Source: Nitrospirota bacterium
GTDB taxonomy: Bacteria > Nitrospirota > Nitrospiria > 2-01-FULL-66-17
Reading direction: 5' to 3'
Assembly: GCA_049325295.1 (NCBI GenBank)
Contig: JBMOMD010000037.1
Span: 4,631 to 68,630 of the forward strand
DNA: 64,000 nucleotides
A model generated the notes under the pieces. That model did not search any database. It was not told the DNA's origin and was given only the letters and a program-made list of their open reading frames with translations. The translations under genes and the position numbers were made by a program. Position 1 is the stretch's first letter. Each line of letters begins with the position of its first letter. Of the stretch, positions 19,693 to 29,636 are shown piece by piece.

Positions 19693-20787
19693 ATGGCGTT
19701 TCGCGTCCGACCGGAACTCTCCCGCATCGCGCCCTACGTGCCCGGCAAACCCGTGGCCGAGGTGGAGCGCGAATACGGGGTGTCGCGCGCGATCAAACTC
19801 GCGTCGAACGAGAACCCGCTGGGCCCCTCGCCCGCCGCGCTCAAGGCCGTGCGCGAGGTGTTGGAGGGGTTGCACCGGTACCCGGACGGGGCGGGCGTGG
19901 CGTTGCGCGAGGCCATCGCGTCGCGGCTGACGGTGCGGCCCGATCACGTGATTTTGGGCAACGGGTCGGACGAAGTGGTCGCGTTGCTCTGCAACGTGCT
20001 GCTCACGCCGGGCGATGAAGCGGTGATGGCCGCGCCCACGTTCGGGATCTATCGGATCGCGGTGCTGGCGCACCAGGGCACGCCGGTGGAGGTGCCGTTG
20101 GCCGAGGGCCGGCACGACCTCAAGGCCATGTTGGCCCGCGTGACCGACCGGACCAAGTTGTTCTTCATCTGCAACCCCAACAGCCCGACCGGCACCGCGT
20201 TGTCGCGGCGCGAGGTCGCGGACGCGATCGACCGGCTGCCCCAGCACGTGGTGGCGGTGTGCGATCACGCGTACGAAGACTACGTGACCGCGGCGGACTT
20301 CCCGTTCGGAGGAAGTCTGGCGCAGGGTGAACGTCCGGTCGTGATCCTGCGCACGTTTTCCAAGATCTACGGCCTCGCGGGGCTGCGCATCGGCTACGGC
20401 GTCGGTCCCGCGGAACTGGTGGAGTGGATGAACCGCATCCGCTTGCCCTTCAACGCGAGCACCGTGGCGCAGGCCGCGGCGCTCGCCGCGTTGGGCGACG
20501 ACGCGCACGTGCGCGCGAGCCGGATGGTCAACGCCGCGGGCAAGACGTATCTGACCAAGGAGTGCGCGCGCCTGGGCCTGGCGGTGGTTCCGAGCGAGGC
20601 CAATTTTCTGTACGTCGACGTGGGCCGCGACGCGCGCGGGGTGTTCGAGCGCCTGTTGCGCGAGGGCGTGATCGTGCGGCACTTCGAGGGCCGGTGGCTG
20701 CGCATCACCATCGGACTGCCGGAGGAAAATACGCGCTGCATGGCGGCGCTGGAACAGGTGCTAACTGACGAGCGGGGGAAGGGGTGA
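19693..20787 (+). CDS. hisC: Histidinol-phosphate aminotransferase
   Basis: YVPGKP, KLASNENPLGP, GNGSDE, NPNSPTG and RTFSKIYGLAGLRIGY motifs. Confidence 0.93.
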   Translation: MAFRVRPELSRIAPYVPGKPVAEVEREYGVSRAIKLASNENPLGPSPAALKAVREVLEGLHRYPDGAGVALREAIASRLTVRPDHVILGNGSDEVVALLCNVLLTPGDEAVMAAPTFGIYRIAVLAHQGTPVEVPLAEGRHDLKAMLARVTDRTKLFFICNPNSPTGTALSRREVADAIDRLPQHVVAVCDHAYEDYVTAADFPFGGSLAQGERPVVILRTFSKIYGLAGLRIGYGVGPAELVEWMNRIRLPFNASTVAQAAALAALGDDAHVRASRMVNAAGKTYLTKECARLGLAVVPSEANFLYVDVGRDARGVFERLLREGVIVRHFEGRWLRITIGLPEENTRCMAALEQVLTDERGKG

Positions 20788-20866
20788 GGGGGCGAAGGGG
20801 AGAGGGGGTCTTTCACGCGATCAGTCTTTGTCGCCGATTCCCCGGTTCTCCGGTTCCCCGGTTCGA
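20787..20866. repeat. Short octamer tandem repeats (YccggTTC) in an intergenic spacer
   Basis: cccggttc tccggttc cccggttc preceded by G-rich octamers. Confidence 0.5.
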
Positions 20867-20893
20867 TTTTGGAAATCACAGGGAGTCTGAATC

Positions 20894-21910
20894 ATGATCA
20901 TCGTACTGAAACCGGAGGCCACGCAGGCCCAAATCGACCACATCATGGAGAAGATCCGCGAACGCGGCCTCTCCCCGCATCTGTCCAAGGGACAAGAACG
21001 GAGCGTGATCGGGGTCATCGGCGACGAGCGGACCATCCAGAACGTGCCCTTGGCGGTGTTCCCCGGCGTGGAGAGCGTCACGCCGATTCTCTCGCCGTAC
21101 AAGCTGGTGAGCCGCGAGTTCCGCAAGACCAACACGGTCATCACGCTGGGCGACGGCGTGGCGATCGGCGGGAACGCGGTGACGGTCATGGCCGGGCCGT
21201 GCGCGGTGGAAACCAAGGCGCAGGTCACGGGCGTGGCCAAAGCCGTGAAAAGTTCGGGCGCGCGGGTGTTGCGCGGCGGGGCGTTCAAGCCGCGCACGTC
21301 GCCGTACGCGTTTCAAGGGTTGGCCGAGGAGGGGTTGCAGTACCTGGCCGAGGCCAAGAAGGTCACGGGGCTGCCCATCATCACCGAGGTCGTGGACCCG
21401 CGCGACATCGACCTGGTCGCGCAGTACGCGGACGTGCTCCAGATCGGCGCGCGGAACATGCAGAACTTCCGGCTGCTCACCGAGATCGGCAAACAGCGCA
21501 AACCGGTCCTGCTCAAGCGCGGCCTGTCGGCGACCATCAAAGAATTCTTGTTGTCCGCGGAGTACATCATGGCGGGCGGGAATCACAACGTGATGTTGTG
21601 CGAGCGCGGCATCCGCACGTTCGAGCCGCTCACGCGCAACACGCTCGACCTCTCGGCGGTGCCGCTCATCCAGAAACTGTCGCACCTGCCGGTGGTGGTG
21701 GACCCGAGCCACGCCACCGGGCGGTGGGACCTGGTCGCGCCTTTGGCGCGCGCCGCGGTGGCCTCGGGGTGCGACGGGTTGTTGGTCGAGGTGCACGGCA
21801 ATCCGGAAGAAGCCTTGTGCGACGGCGAGGAATCGCTGACCCCCGAGAAGTTCACCGCGATGATGGACGAGTTGCGCAGGGTGGCGCAGGCCGTGGGCCG
21901 GGAGATCTGA
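20894..21910 (+). CDS. aroF: DAHP synthase (type I-beta) with N-terminal regulatory domain
   Basis: [37 protein letters not shown] and DPSHATG motifs. Confidence 0.95.
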   Translation: MIIVLKPEATQAQIDHIMEKIRERGLSPHLSKGQERSVIGVIGDERTIQNVPLAVFPGVESVTPILSPYKLVSREFRKTNTVITLGDGVAIGGNAVTVMAGPCAVETKAQVTGVAKAVKSSGARVLRGGAFKPRTSPYAFQGLAEEGLQYLAEAKKVTGLPIITEVVDPRDIDLVAQYADVLQIGARNMQNFRLLTEIGKQRKPVLLKRGLSATIKEFLLSAEYIMAGGNHNVMLCERGIRTFEPLTRNTLDLSAVPLIQKLSHLPVVVDPSHATGRWDLVAPLARAAVASGCDGLLVEVHGNPEEALCDGEESLTPEKFTAMMDELRRVAQAVGREI

Positions 21911-21911
21911 C

Positions 21912-22775
21912 ATTTCGCGGACGGCGCGGATTGGCCGCCTCACCGTGGTCGGGGTCGGCCTGGTCGGCGGATCGTTCGCCTGGGGCGCCAAACAGCGCGG
22001 CCTGGCCCGTGAGGTGATCGGCGTGGAGGTGGACCCCGCGTCGAGCCGTCGCGCGGTCGAGCAGGGGGTCGTCGACGCCATGGCGAGCGCCGCCGAGGGG
22101 GTGCGCGGGGCGGACGTGGTGGTGTTGGCGGTTCCGGTGGGGCGGCTCGAATCCGTGGCCCGCGAGATCGCGCCGTTCACGACGAACGCGACGGTGGTGA
22201 CGGACGTGGGCAGCGTGAAGGCGCCGGTGGTGGAGCGGTTGGAGCCGTTGTTCGCCCGGTTCGTGGGCGGACATCCCATGGCGGGGGGCGAACGCTCGGG
22301 GGTGGGCTCGGCGTCGGCCGCGTTGTTCGACGGCGCGCGCTGCGTGCTCACGCCCACGCCGCGCACGGACCAGCGGGCGCTCGACGTGGTCGAGCGATTG
22401 TGGGCGGGTCTGGGCGCGGCGGTGGTCAAGCTGTCTCCCGCGGCGCACGACGAACTGGTCGCCGCGGTGAGCCACGTGCCGCACGTGGCCGCGGCCGCGC
22501 TGGTCAACGCCGCGGCCGCGGCGGCGGACGGGCGGGCGTTGTCGTTGGCCGCGGGCGGATTTCGCGACACCACGCGGATCGCGAGCGGGGCGCCCGACCT
22601 GTGGCGCGATATTTGTCTGATGAATCGAGAGCCGGTGTTGGCGATGCTCAAGTCGTATCTGAAGGAAGTGGAAGGGGTTCGCGACGCGATCGAGCGCGGC
22701 GACGGGGGCGCGTTGTTCGACGCGTTGTCGCGCGCGCGCGCGGCGCGCGACCGCATGCCGGGGGGCGAGGCGTGA
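21912..22775 (+). CDS. tyrA: Prephenate/arogenate dehydrogenase; possible ATT start (first canonical start at 21945)
   Basis: VVGVGLVGGS, TDVGSVK, GGHPMAG, HD...SHVPH and GGFRDTTRIA motifs. Confidence 0.9.
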   Translation: MSRTARIGRLTVVGVGLVGGSFAWGAKQRGLAREVIGVEVDPASSRRAVEQGVVDAMASAAEGVRGADVVVLAVPVGRLESVAREIAPFTTNATVVTDVGSVKAPVVERLEPLFARFVGGHPMAGGERSGVGSASAALFDGARCVLTPTPRTDQRALDVVERLWAGLGAAVVKLSPAAHDELVAAVSHVPHVAAAALVNAAAAAADGRALSLAAGGFRDTTRIASGAPDLWRDICLMNREPVLAMLKSYLKEVEGVRDAIERGDGGALFDALSRARAARDRMPGGEA

Positions 22776-24082
22776 AGGCCGCGGCCGCCAAGGCCGTGGT
22801 GGTCAAACCCGGCGGCCCCCTTCAGGGGCGGATCGAGGTGCCGGGGGACAAGTCGATCACGCACCGCGCGATCATGCTGGGCGGGCTGGCGCGCGGGGAG
22901 ACGTTGATTCGGGGGTATCTGCCGGCGGATGATTGTCTGCGCACCGTGGCCGCGATGCGGGCGTTGGGTCGCGTGGTCGATACCGTGGATTCCGACGATC
23001 GCCCCGCGCTGCGGATCGCGGCGGGCGACGGCGCGCTGCGGGAAGCCGAGGACGTGATCGATTGCGGGAATTCGGGGACCAGTATCCGGCTGCTGACCGG
23101 CTTGGTCGCCGGGCTGCCGATGTGCACGGTGTTGACGGGCGACGCGTCGTTACGGCGGCGACCCATGGCCCGCGTGGTGGAGCCGCTGCGGACGATGGGC
23201 GCGCTGATCGTCGGGCGCGAGGACGGCCGGCTGGCGCCGCTCGCCGTGGTGGGCCGTCGGCTCAAGGCCGGGGATTTTCGGTTGCCGGTGGCCAGCGCCC
23301 AGGTCAAGTCCGCGATCCTGCTCGCGGGGCTCGGGGCCGAGGGACGCACCGCGGTGTACGAGCCGTCCGCGTCGCGGGACCACACCGAACGCATGTTGCG
23401 CGCGTTCGGCGTGCCGGTGTCGACCGACGGCGGCGCGGTCTCGGTGACCGGACCGGTGTCGCTCACCGGCACCACGGTGGACGTGCCGGGCGATATGTCG
23501 TCCGCGGCGTTTTTGATCGCGGCGGCCTTGTTGGTGCCGGGGTCCGAGTTGGAGATCGGTCGCGTGGGCGTCAACCCCACGCGCACCGGGCTGCTCGACA
23601 TTCTCACGAGCATGGGCGCGTCGGTGAAACTCGGCGGCGCCCGCGAGGTCTCCGGCGAACCCACGGCGTCGCTGACCGTGCGGACCACGCGGCTTCGCGG
23701 GACCACGATCAAGGGCGCGTTGGTGCCGCGCGCGATCGACGAGTTTCCCATTCTCTGCGTCTTGGCGGCGTTCGCCGAGGGGGAAACCGTGATCGACGAC
23801 GCGGGCGAGTTGCGGGTCAAAGAGAGCGATCGGATCCACGTGATGTCGGAGGAACTGGGGAAAATGGGCATTCGGGTCGAAGAGCGGCCGGCCGGCATGC
23901 GGATCGTGGGGCCGCAACGCGCGACCGGGGCGCGCTGCGCCAGCCACGGCGATCACCGCATCGCCATGGCGTTGGCCGTGGCCGCGCTGCGCGCGACCGG
24001 CCCGACCACGATCGACGACGTGGAGTGCGTGGGGACGTCGTTCCCCGGGTTCTTCGAACTGCTGGAACGGGTGAGGCGCTGA
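22772..24082 (+). CDS. aroA: EPSP synthase
   Basis: VPGDKSITHRA, DCGNSGT, SAQVKS, RDHTERML, LRVKESDR and DHRIAM motifs; GTGA overlap with tyrA. Confidence 0.96.
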   Translation: MKAAAAKAVVVKPGGPLQGRIEVPGDKSITHRAIMLGGLARGETLIRGYLPADDCLRTVAAMRALGRVVDTVDSDDRPALRIAAGDGALREAEDVIDCGNSGTSIRLLTGLVAGLPMCTVLTGDASLRRRPMARVVEPLRTMGALIVGREDGRLAPLAVVGRRLKAGDFRLPVASAQVKSAILLAGLGAEGRTAVYEPSASRDHTERMLRAFGVPVSTDGGAVSVTGPVSLTGTTVDVPGDMSSAAFLIAAALLVPGSELEIGRVGVNPTRTGLLDILTSMGASVKLGGAREVSGEPTASLTVRTTRLRGTTIKGALVPRAIDEFPILCVLAAFAEGETVIDDAGELRVKESDRIHVMSEELGKMGIRVEERPAGMRIVGPQRATGARCASHGDHRIAMALAVAALRATGPTTIDDVECVGTSFPGFFELLERVRR

Positions 24083-24768
24083 TGACCCGCGAATTGATCG
24101 TGGCGATCGACGGGCCCTCGGCCGCGGGCAAAAGCACCGCGGGCACGCGGGTGGCCAAACGGCTCGGCTATCTCTACATCGAGAGCGGCGCGTTTTATCG
24201 GGCGCTGGCGTGGAAGGTGCGTGAACAGGGACTCGATCCCTCGGACAACGGCGGGTTACAGCACCTGAGCGCAAACACGGTGATCGAAGTGGTCCGCCGT
24301 CCGGACGGCGCGCGCATCTTGGTGGACCAACGCGACGTGACCGACGAGTTGCGCACGCCCGACATGAGCCGGATCGCGGCGCAGATCGCGTCCAATCCCC
24401 TCGTGCGCGATCCCATGTTGCGGCTGCAACGCACGTTGGCCAAGGACGGGGGCGTGGTGATGGAGGGCCGCGACATCGGCACCGTGGTGTTTCCGGACGC
24501 GGACGTCAAATTTTATCTGGACGCGGACACCCGGGTGCGCGGGGAACGACGGTACAAGGAGTTGCGCGCCAAGGGCATGGACGTGGCGTTGCAGACCACG
24601 ATCGACGAAATCGTGGCGCGCGACCGCAAGGACATGAGCCGCGCGGTCGCGCCGTTGCGCAAGGCCGACGACGCGATCGCCGTGGACTCGACGGCCTTGA
24701 CCTTGGATGAGGTGGTCGATACAATGGTCGCGGCCGTCGAACGACGACGCGCCGCGGTTTCGCGGTAA
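24082..24768 (+). CDS. cmk: Cytidylate kinase
   Basis: AIDGPSAAGKST and VMEGRDIGTVVFPDA motifs. Confidence 0.95.
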   Translation: MTRELIVAIDGPSAAGKSTAGTRVAKRLGYLYIESGAFYRALAWKVREQGLDPSDNGGLQHLSANTVIEVVRRPDGARILVDQRDVTDELRTPDMSRIAAQIASNPLVRDPMLRLQRTLAKDGGVVMEGRDIGTVVFPDADVKFYLDADTRVRGERRYKELRAKGMDVALQTTIDEIVARDRKDMSRAVAPLRKADDAIAVDSTALTLDEVVDTMVAAVERRRAAVSR

Positions 24769-24771
24769 ATT

Positions 24772-25440
24772 GTGCTGTACGAGCTCGCGCACCCCTTGGT
24801 CTGGTGGGTCGCGCGGTGGTGCTGCTCGCTGGAGGTGACGGGACGCGACCGGGTCCCGGCCGAAGGCGGGGTGATCGTCGCCGCCAATCACGTCAGTTAC
24901 CTGGACATTCCGATCGTGGGATGTGCGCTCGCCAGACGGGCCGATTTTCTGGCGAAGGATGATTTGTTCGGGAACCCCGTGGTGGGATGGTTGTTCCGCC
25001 GGCTCGGCGGGGTGCCGATCCGGCGGGGAACCATCGACCGCGCCGCGCTCGCCGACGTGGAGCGGCGGCTCGCGGCGGGTCGTGTGGTCGTGATGTATCC
25101 GGAGGGCACGCGCAGTCCCGACGAACGGTTGCGCGAGCCCAAGCCGGGGGTCGGGATGTTGGCGGTGCGGACCGGCGTGCCGGTGGTGCCCGCCTACGTG
25201 GCGGGCACGGGCGAGGCGTGGCCGCCCGGCGCGAAATGGCTGCGCTGTCGGCCGATTACGGTGGCGTTCGGCGAACCGATGCAGTGGCGGAAAAACGAAG
25301 CGCGCGGCGACGACGAACCGTCGTCCAAGCGCCGGTACCAGGAGGTCAGTCAGGAGATCATGGGACGGATCGCGGAGCTTCAGCGTGAGGCGCATGCCAG
25401 GCGCCCGCGCGCGTCCGAGGCGTCGGCGGTTCCACGGTAA
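24772..25440 (+). CDS. plsC: 1-acyl-sn-glycerol-3-phosphate acyltransferase
   Basis: NHVSYLD and YPEGTRS motifs. Confidence 0.9.
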   Translation: MLYELAHPLVWWVARWCCSLEVTGRDRVPAEGGVIVAANHVSYLDIPIVGCALARRADFLAKDDLFGNPVVGWLFRRLGGVPIRRGTIDRAALADVERRLAAGRVVVMYPEGTRSPDERLREPKPGVGMLAVRTGVPVVPAYVAGTGEAWPPGAKWLRCRPITVAFGEPMQWRKNEARGDDEPSSKRRYQEVSQEIMGRIAELQREAHARRPRASEASAVPR

Positions 25441-25485
25441 TTCACCCTTCACCGCAGTATCGCAGCGAAGAGAGGACGTAGACGT

Positions 25486-27153
25486 ATGGCGAGCACGCAG
25501 TCGGAAATCGGGGTCGTTCGAAAGCCCTTCCAAAAAGGCACGGAAATGACGGACATCGAGCTGATGTACGCCGAAACCTTCAAGCAACTGGAGGAAGGCA
25601 GCATCGTGGATGGCACCGTCGTGGCCGTGCAGCCCGAGGGCGTGGTCGTCGACGTGGGATATAAATCCGAAGGCATCGTCCCCCGCGAAGAGTTCGCTCC
25701 GGATGAACTCGCCGCGCTGAAGGTGGGCGACCGGTTCCCGGTGTACTTGGAGGAACGGGAAGACGCCGACGGCAACATGATCCTCTCGAAGGAAAAGGCC
25801 GATCGCATGAAGATCTGGGGCGATCTGGAGCGGATCTTCGAGAAGGGCGACGTGATCGAAGGCAAGGTCCTCAACAAGATCAAGGGCGGGATGATGGTCG
25901 ATATCGGGATCAAGGCGTTCTTGCCCGGCTCGCAGATCGACCTCCGGCCGGTTCGGGACCTGGACTCGCTGGTCGGCAAGACCTTCCAGATGAAGATCAT
26001 CAAGATGAACCACCGCCGCAGCAACGTGGTGGTCTCGCGCCGCGTGGTGCTCGAAGAGACGCGCGATCGGCGCAAGCAACAGGCCATGTCCACGTTGCAG
26101 GAAGGCCAGATCATCGACGGGCAGGTCAAGAACATCACGGACTACGGGGCGTTCATCGACCTGGGCGGCATCGACGGGCTGCTCCACATCACCGACATGT
26201 CGTGGGGCCGCGTCGCGCACCCGTCCGAAATGTTCATGGTGGGCGATCGCGTCAAGGTCATGATCCTCAAGTACGACCGGGAGACCGGGCGTATTTCCTT
26301 GGGGGTCAAGCAGCTCAAGCCGGATCCGTGGGTGCAGGTCGAGGACAAGTACCCGGTGGGCTCGCGCGTGCGCGGCAAGGTGGTCAGCCTGGTGGACTAC
26401 GGCGCGTTCGTGGAACTGGAGCCCGGCATCGAGGGCTTGGTCCACATCTCGGAAATGACGTGGTCCCACGAGATCAAACACCCGTCCAAGATCGTAACGG
26501 CGGGCGATCAGGTCGAGGCGCAGGTGCTCAACGTGGATCGCAAGAGCCGCAAGATTTCGCTCGGCATGAAACAGGTGGTGGCCAATCCCTGGATCATCGT
26601 GGAGACCAAGTATCCGGTGGGCTCCACCATCGAGGGCAAGGTCAAGAGCCTCACCGAGTTCGGCGTGTTCGTCGGCCTGGAAGAAGGCATCGACGGCTTG
26701 ATTCACGTGTCCGACCTGTCGTGGACCAAACGCGTGGTGCATCCGTCCGATCTTTTCAAGAAGGGCCAAACGGTCAAGGCCGTGGTGCTGCGGGTGGACA
26801 AGGACAAGGAGCGGTTGTCCCTGGGCTACAAGCAATTGACGCCTGATCCGTGGGAACGCGAGATCCCGCAGCGATATCAGGTCGGACAGGACGTCGCCGG
26901 CAAGGTCGTCAAGGTGGCGGACTTCGGCGTGTTTCTGGAATTCGAGGACGGCGTCGAGGGCTTGATCCACGTGAGCGAGATGAACCTGGAAGGCCAACGC
27001 ATCGACGAGCGGTACAAGCCCGGCGACGAGGTGACGGCGCGCGTGATCCGGATCGATCCGGCGGAGCGCAAGATTGCGTTGAGCATTCGGGAGCACGTGG
27101 GGGATTGGGGGCTCTCGGAGGGCGGAGACCGCCACACCGCCAAACGGCGCTAG
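25486..27153 (+). CDS. rpsA: 30S ribosomal protein S1
   Basis: Six S1 repeats (YGAFIDLGGIDGLLH, etc.). Confidence 0.97.
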   Translation: MASTQSEIGVVRKPFQKGTEMTDIELMYAETFKQLEEGSIVDGTVVAVQPEGVVVDVGYKSEGIVPREEFAPDELAALKVGDRFPVYLEEREDADGNMILSKEKADRMKIWGDLERIFEKGDVIEGKVLNKIKGGMMVDIGIKAFLPGSQIDLRPVRDLDSLVGKTFQMKIIKMNHRRSNVVVSRRVVLEETRDRRKQQAMSTLQEGQIIDGQVKNITDYGAFIDLGGIDGLLHITDMSWGRVAHPSEMFMVGDRVKVMILKYDRETGRISLGVKQLKPDPWVQVEDKYPVGSRVRGKVVSLVDYGAFVELEPGIEGLVHISEMTWSHEIKHPSKIVTAGDQVEAQVLNVDRKSRKISLGMKQVVANPWIIVETKYPVGSTIEGKVKSLTEFGVFVGLEEGIDGLIHVSDLSWTKRVVHPSDLFKKGQTVKAVVLRVDKDKERLSLGYKQLTPDPWEREIPQRYQVGQDVAGKVVKVADFGVFLEFEDGVEGLIHVSEMNLEGQRIDERYKPGDEVTARVIRIDPAERKIALSIREHVGDWGLSEGGDRHTAKRR

Positions 27154-27158
27154 TGGCG

Positions 27159-27284
27159 GGAGGCTGTCCATCAACGGCCGTCTGCGGCGCTGTCGCTGCG
27201 CGTCCGCTCCTCACGTACGACCCAGTACGCTGCGGTGCGGGCGCTCGCTCCGCCTGGCAGCCGGCCGGTTTCTGGACAGCCTCC
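27159..27284 (+). mobile_element. Rod-like palindromic MITE-like element, copy B
   Basis: Terminal inverted repeats ggaggctgtcca/tggacagcctcc; core ctcacgtacgacccagtacgct; followed by a cUUCGg hairpin at 27284-27300. Confidence 0.75.
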
Positions 27285-27326
27285 GACTCCTTCGGAGTCG
27301 GGACGGCGTGAAGACTTCGTCATAAT

Positions 27327-28211
27327 ATGGCCAGACGTCCGCTGTTTACCGGATTCATAGTTTTCTTAATTTTGGCGGCCGCGTTTTTCCTGGGGACGTA
27401 TTTCACCGCGCTGCTGGTGGAGCGGCCGCCGCACGCGGCCAACCAGATCGCGCTGGTGCGGGTCGAAGGCGTGATTCTGAACGCGGACGAGCCGGTGGCC
27501 CAGCTGCGCGACTTCGCGGAAAACGACGCGATCCGCGCCATTTTGATCCGCATCGACAGCCCGGGCGGCGCGGTGGTGCCGTCCCAGGAAATCTACGATC
27601 AGGTCCGCAAGATCCGCGCCGAAGGGCGGCAAAAAATCGTGGTCTCGATGGGGTCGGTCGCGGCGTCGGGCGGTTACTACATCGCCAGCGCGTCGGACCG
27701 CATCGTGGCCAACCCGGGTACCCTGACCGGCAGCATCGGCGTGATCCTCGAGATGCCGAATTTCGAGGAGCTCATGAAGAAGATCGGGGTGGAAAACACG
27801 GTGGTCAAGAGCGGCGCGCATAAGGACCTCATCTCGCCGTTTCGCAAACTCGGCGACGAAGAGCGGGCCATTCTTCAGCGGGTGATGGACGACGTCCACG
27901 ATCAGTTCATCCAAGCCGTGGCGGACGGCCGGGGACTGGACAAGGACGCGGTGACGGCCATCGCCGACGGCCAGGTGTTCACGGGACGGCAAGCCAAAGA
28001 CCGGGGGTTGGTCGACGAGATCGGCAGCTTCGAAGACGCGATCACCATTACCGGCGCGTTGGCCGGGATCGAGGGGCGTCCGGTGGTCGTCGAACCCAAA
28101 CGCCCATTTTCGTTCAGCGACTTCATTCGCACGGTATTTCGCGGTCGGATCGGGGCGCTCATGGACCCCGCGACGACGATCCGGTTGAACTATTTGTGGA
28201 CCTGGGGCTAG
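27327..28211 (+). CDS. sppA: Signal peptide peptidase SppA (36K type)
   Basis: IDSPGG, AASGGYY and TGSIGV motifs. Confidence 0.93.
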   Translation: MARRPLFTGFIVFLILAAAFFLGTYFTALLVERPPHAANQIALVRVEGVILNADEPVAQLRDFAENDAIRAILIRIDSPGGAVVPSQEIYDQVRKIRAEGRQKIVVSMGSVAASGGYYIASASDRIVANPGTLTGSIGVILEMPNFEELMKKIGVENTVVKSGAHKDLISPFRKLGDEERAILQRVMDDVHDQFIQAVADGRGLDKDAVTAIADGQVFTGRQAKDRGLVDEIGSFEDAITITGALAGIEGRPVVVEPKRPFSFSDFIRTVFRGRIGALMDPATTIRLNYLWTWG

Positions 28212-28227
28212 CCGGGGGGACGGGGAG

Positions 28228-28506
28228 ATGACGAAGGCGGAATTGATCGAAGAGGTGTCGCGGAAGGTGAAGGGGCTTACCAAGCGCCAAACCGAGATCA
28301 TCATCAACGCCATTCTCGACGGCATCAAGGAAACCTTGGCGCGCGGGGATAAGATCGAGATCCGGGGATTCGGGAGTTTCCGCCTTCGCGACCGCCGCAC
28401 CCGCGAGGGCCGCAACCCCAAGACCGGGACCGCCGTGCACGTGCCGGCTAAACGCGTGCCCTTTTTCAAGGCCGGGAAAGAACTCAAGGAATTGGTCGAC
28501 CGGTAG
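28228..28506 (+). CDS. ihfB: Integration host factor subunit beta
   Basis: MTKAELI, IEIRGFGSF, GRNPKTG and PFFKAGKELK motifs; located after rpsA-sppA. Confidence 0.9.
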   Translation: MTKAELIEEVSRKVKGLTKRQTEIIINAILDGIKETLARGDKIEIRGFGSFRLRDRRTREGRNPKTGTAVHVPAKRVPFFKAGKELKELVDR

Positions 28507-28677
28507 GGCATCCGGTCGCAGCGTCCAAGGGCTCCGTTCGGCGTGCGTTGGAAGCGGCGTTCGCCCGGAGTACGACCCCTCCCCATCCTCGTCCCGATCT
28601 CCGGTGAGATTGCGGCCCGTGTTCCTTGTGGTCGCTGGTTTCCCGTCGGCGGGATGGTCGAGGGCCCGGCCCGCGCG

Positions 28678-28809
28678 TTGACAGGGGTTTTAGCCGGACG
28701 GTATAGTACCCGGCACGAGTCAATCGGGCGCGCGTTCGATGCGCCGAAAGTCCTAGCGCATTGCTAGGTCTTCTGCTGAATTGACGCGGGCTTCGGAATT
28801 CGATATGGT
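28678..28809 (+). promoter_or_regulatory. Two tandem sigma70-like promoters with an intervening palindrome, upstream of the for operon
   Basis: TTGACA-18-TATAGT (28678-28707), CCTAGC-N5-GCTAGG (28752-28768) and TTGACG-17-TATGGT (28781-28809). Confidence 0.5.
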
Positions 28810-28895
28810 AGGGCCCACGAAACGGCCGCTGGAGTTCCTGGGCCGCGTTCTCGCGTCAACATCTCAGTTTAACGGGTAGAGAGGAGTTGATCCGT

Positions 28896-29633
28896 ATGGC
28901 TACTGCAACCGGCACCGTGCGCTATCAGGTCCTTCCGGGACCCGAGGGGTTGCTGCCGCCCGCCGCGTCGTCGATGGGCGTGATTCTTCCGCAGGAAGGC
29001 GAAGGTTTGGTCGAGGGGGTTCTCGTATCCGAGGACAAGGCGATCAAAGAGCTGGCGAAACAGATGTTGACCCGCCGCAACCCCACCATTTTCCCCGGGC
29101 CGCTCGTGGTCTGGGGATGGACCAAACACACGCAGGAGAAGGCGAGCGTGGTGTTGGAACTCGCGGCCGAGATTCCCGGCGTCAAAATCATTCCGATGCC
29201 GGATTACCGTCCGATTTACCCCAAGATCGATCCCGAGGCCGTGATCAATCCGTGCCACCCGAATTTGACCATCTGGCACAACAAGATCGAGGCGTGCATC
29301 TTCGTCGGCGTACACTGTCACTTCGCGAACATCACGCTCAAGATGGTGCGGGCGGGGACCAACTGCTACACGGTGGCGTTGTGCGCGGAAGCCGGGCACG
29401 AGGACGCCATGGCCTCGCTCCCCCACTGCGGCATTGAAAAACTGCAGAAGGTCGTCAAGGCGCTTCGTCAGGTCAAGAAGGAAGGGGTGACTCCCTGGGC
29501 GTTGACCCCGGAAGGGAAGCGGGATCTGGAGGCTCAACGCGAGCAGAAGCGGAAACAGCGCGAGACCATTGCCGCGGCGGCGCCGCAGTTTGCGCACGAG
29601 TTGGTCGCCGGGCTGGACGAAAACGAGGAGTAA
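28896..29633 (+). CDS. forD: 2-oxoglutarate:ferredoxin oxidoreductase (For type), delta subunit
   Basis: NPTIFPGPLVVW, IPMPDYRP and NPCHPNLTIWHNKIEACIFVGVHCH motifs; first gene of a D-A-B-G-E operon. Confidence 0.75.
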   Translation: MATATGTVRYQVLPGPEGLLPPAASSMGVILPQEGEGLVEGVLVSEDKAIKELAKQMLTRRNPTIFPGPLVVWGWTKHTQEKASVVLELAAEIPGVKIIPMPDYRPIYPKIDPEAVINPCHPNLTIWHNKIEACIFVGVHCHFANITLKMVRAGTNCYTVALCAEAGHEDAMASLPHCGIEKLQKVVKALRQVKKEGVTPWALTPEGKRDLEAQREQKRKQRETIAAAAPQFAHELVAGLDENEE

Positions 29634-29636
29634 GCG

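Noticed and set aside
24256-27174. 972-aa minus-strand ORF (also 58470-61070, 28869-30782 and similar)
   Set aside because: These are antisense shadows of rpsA, infB and for genes caused by codon bias.
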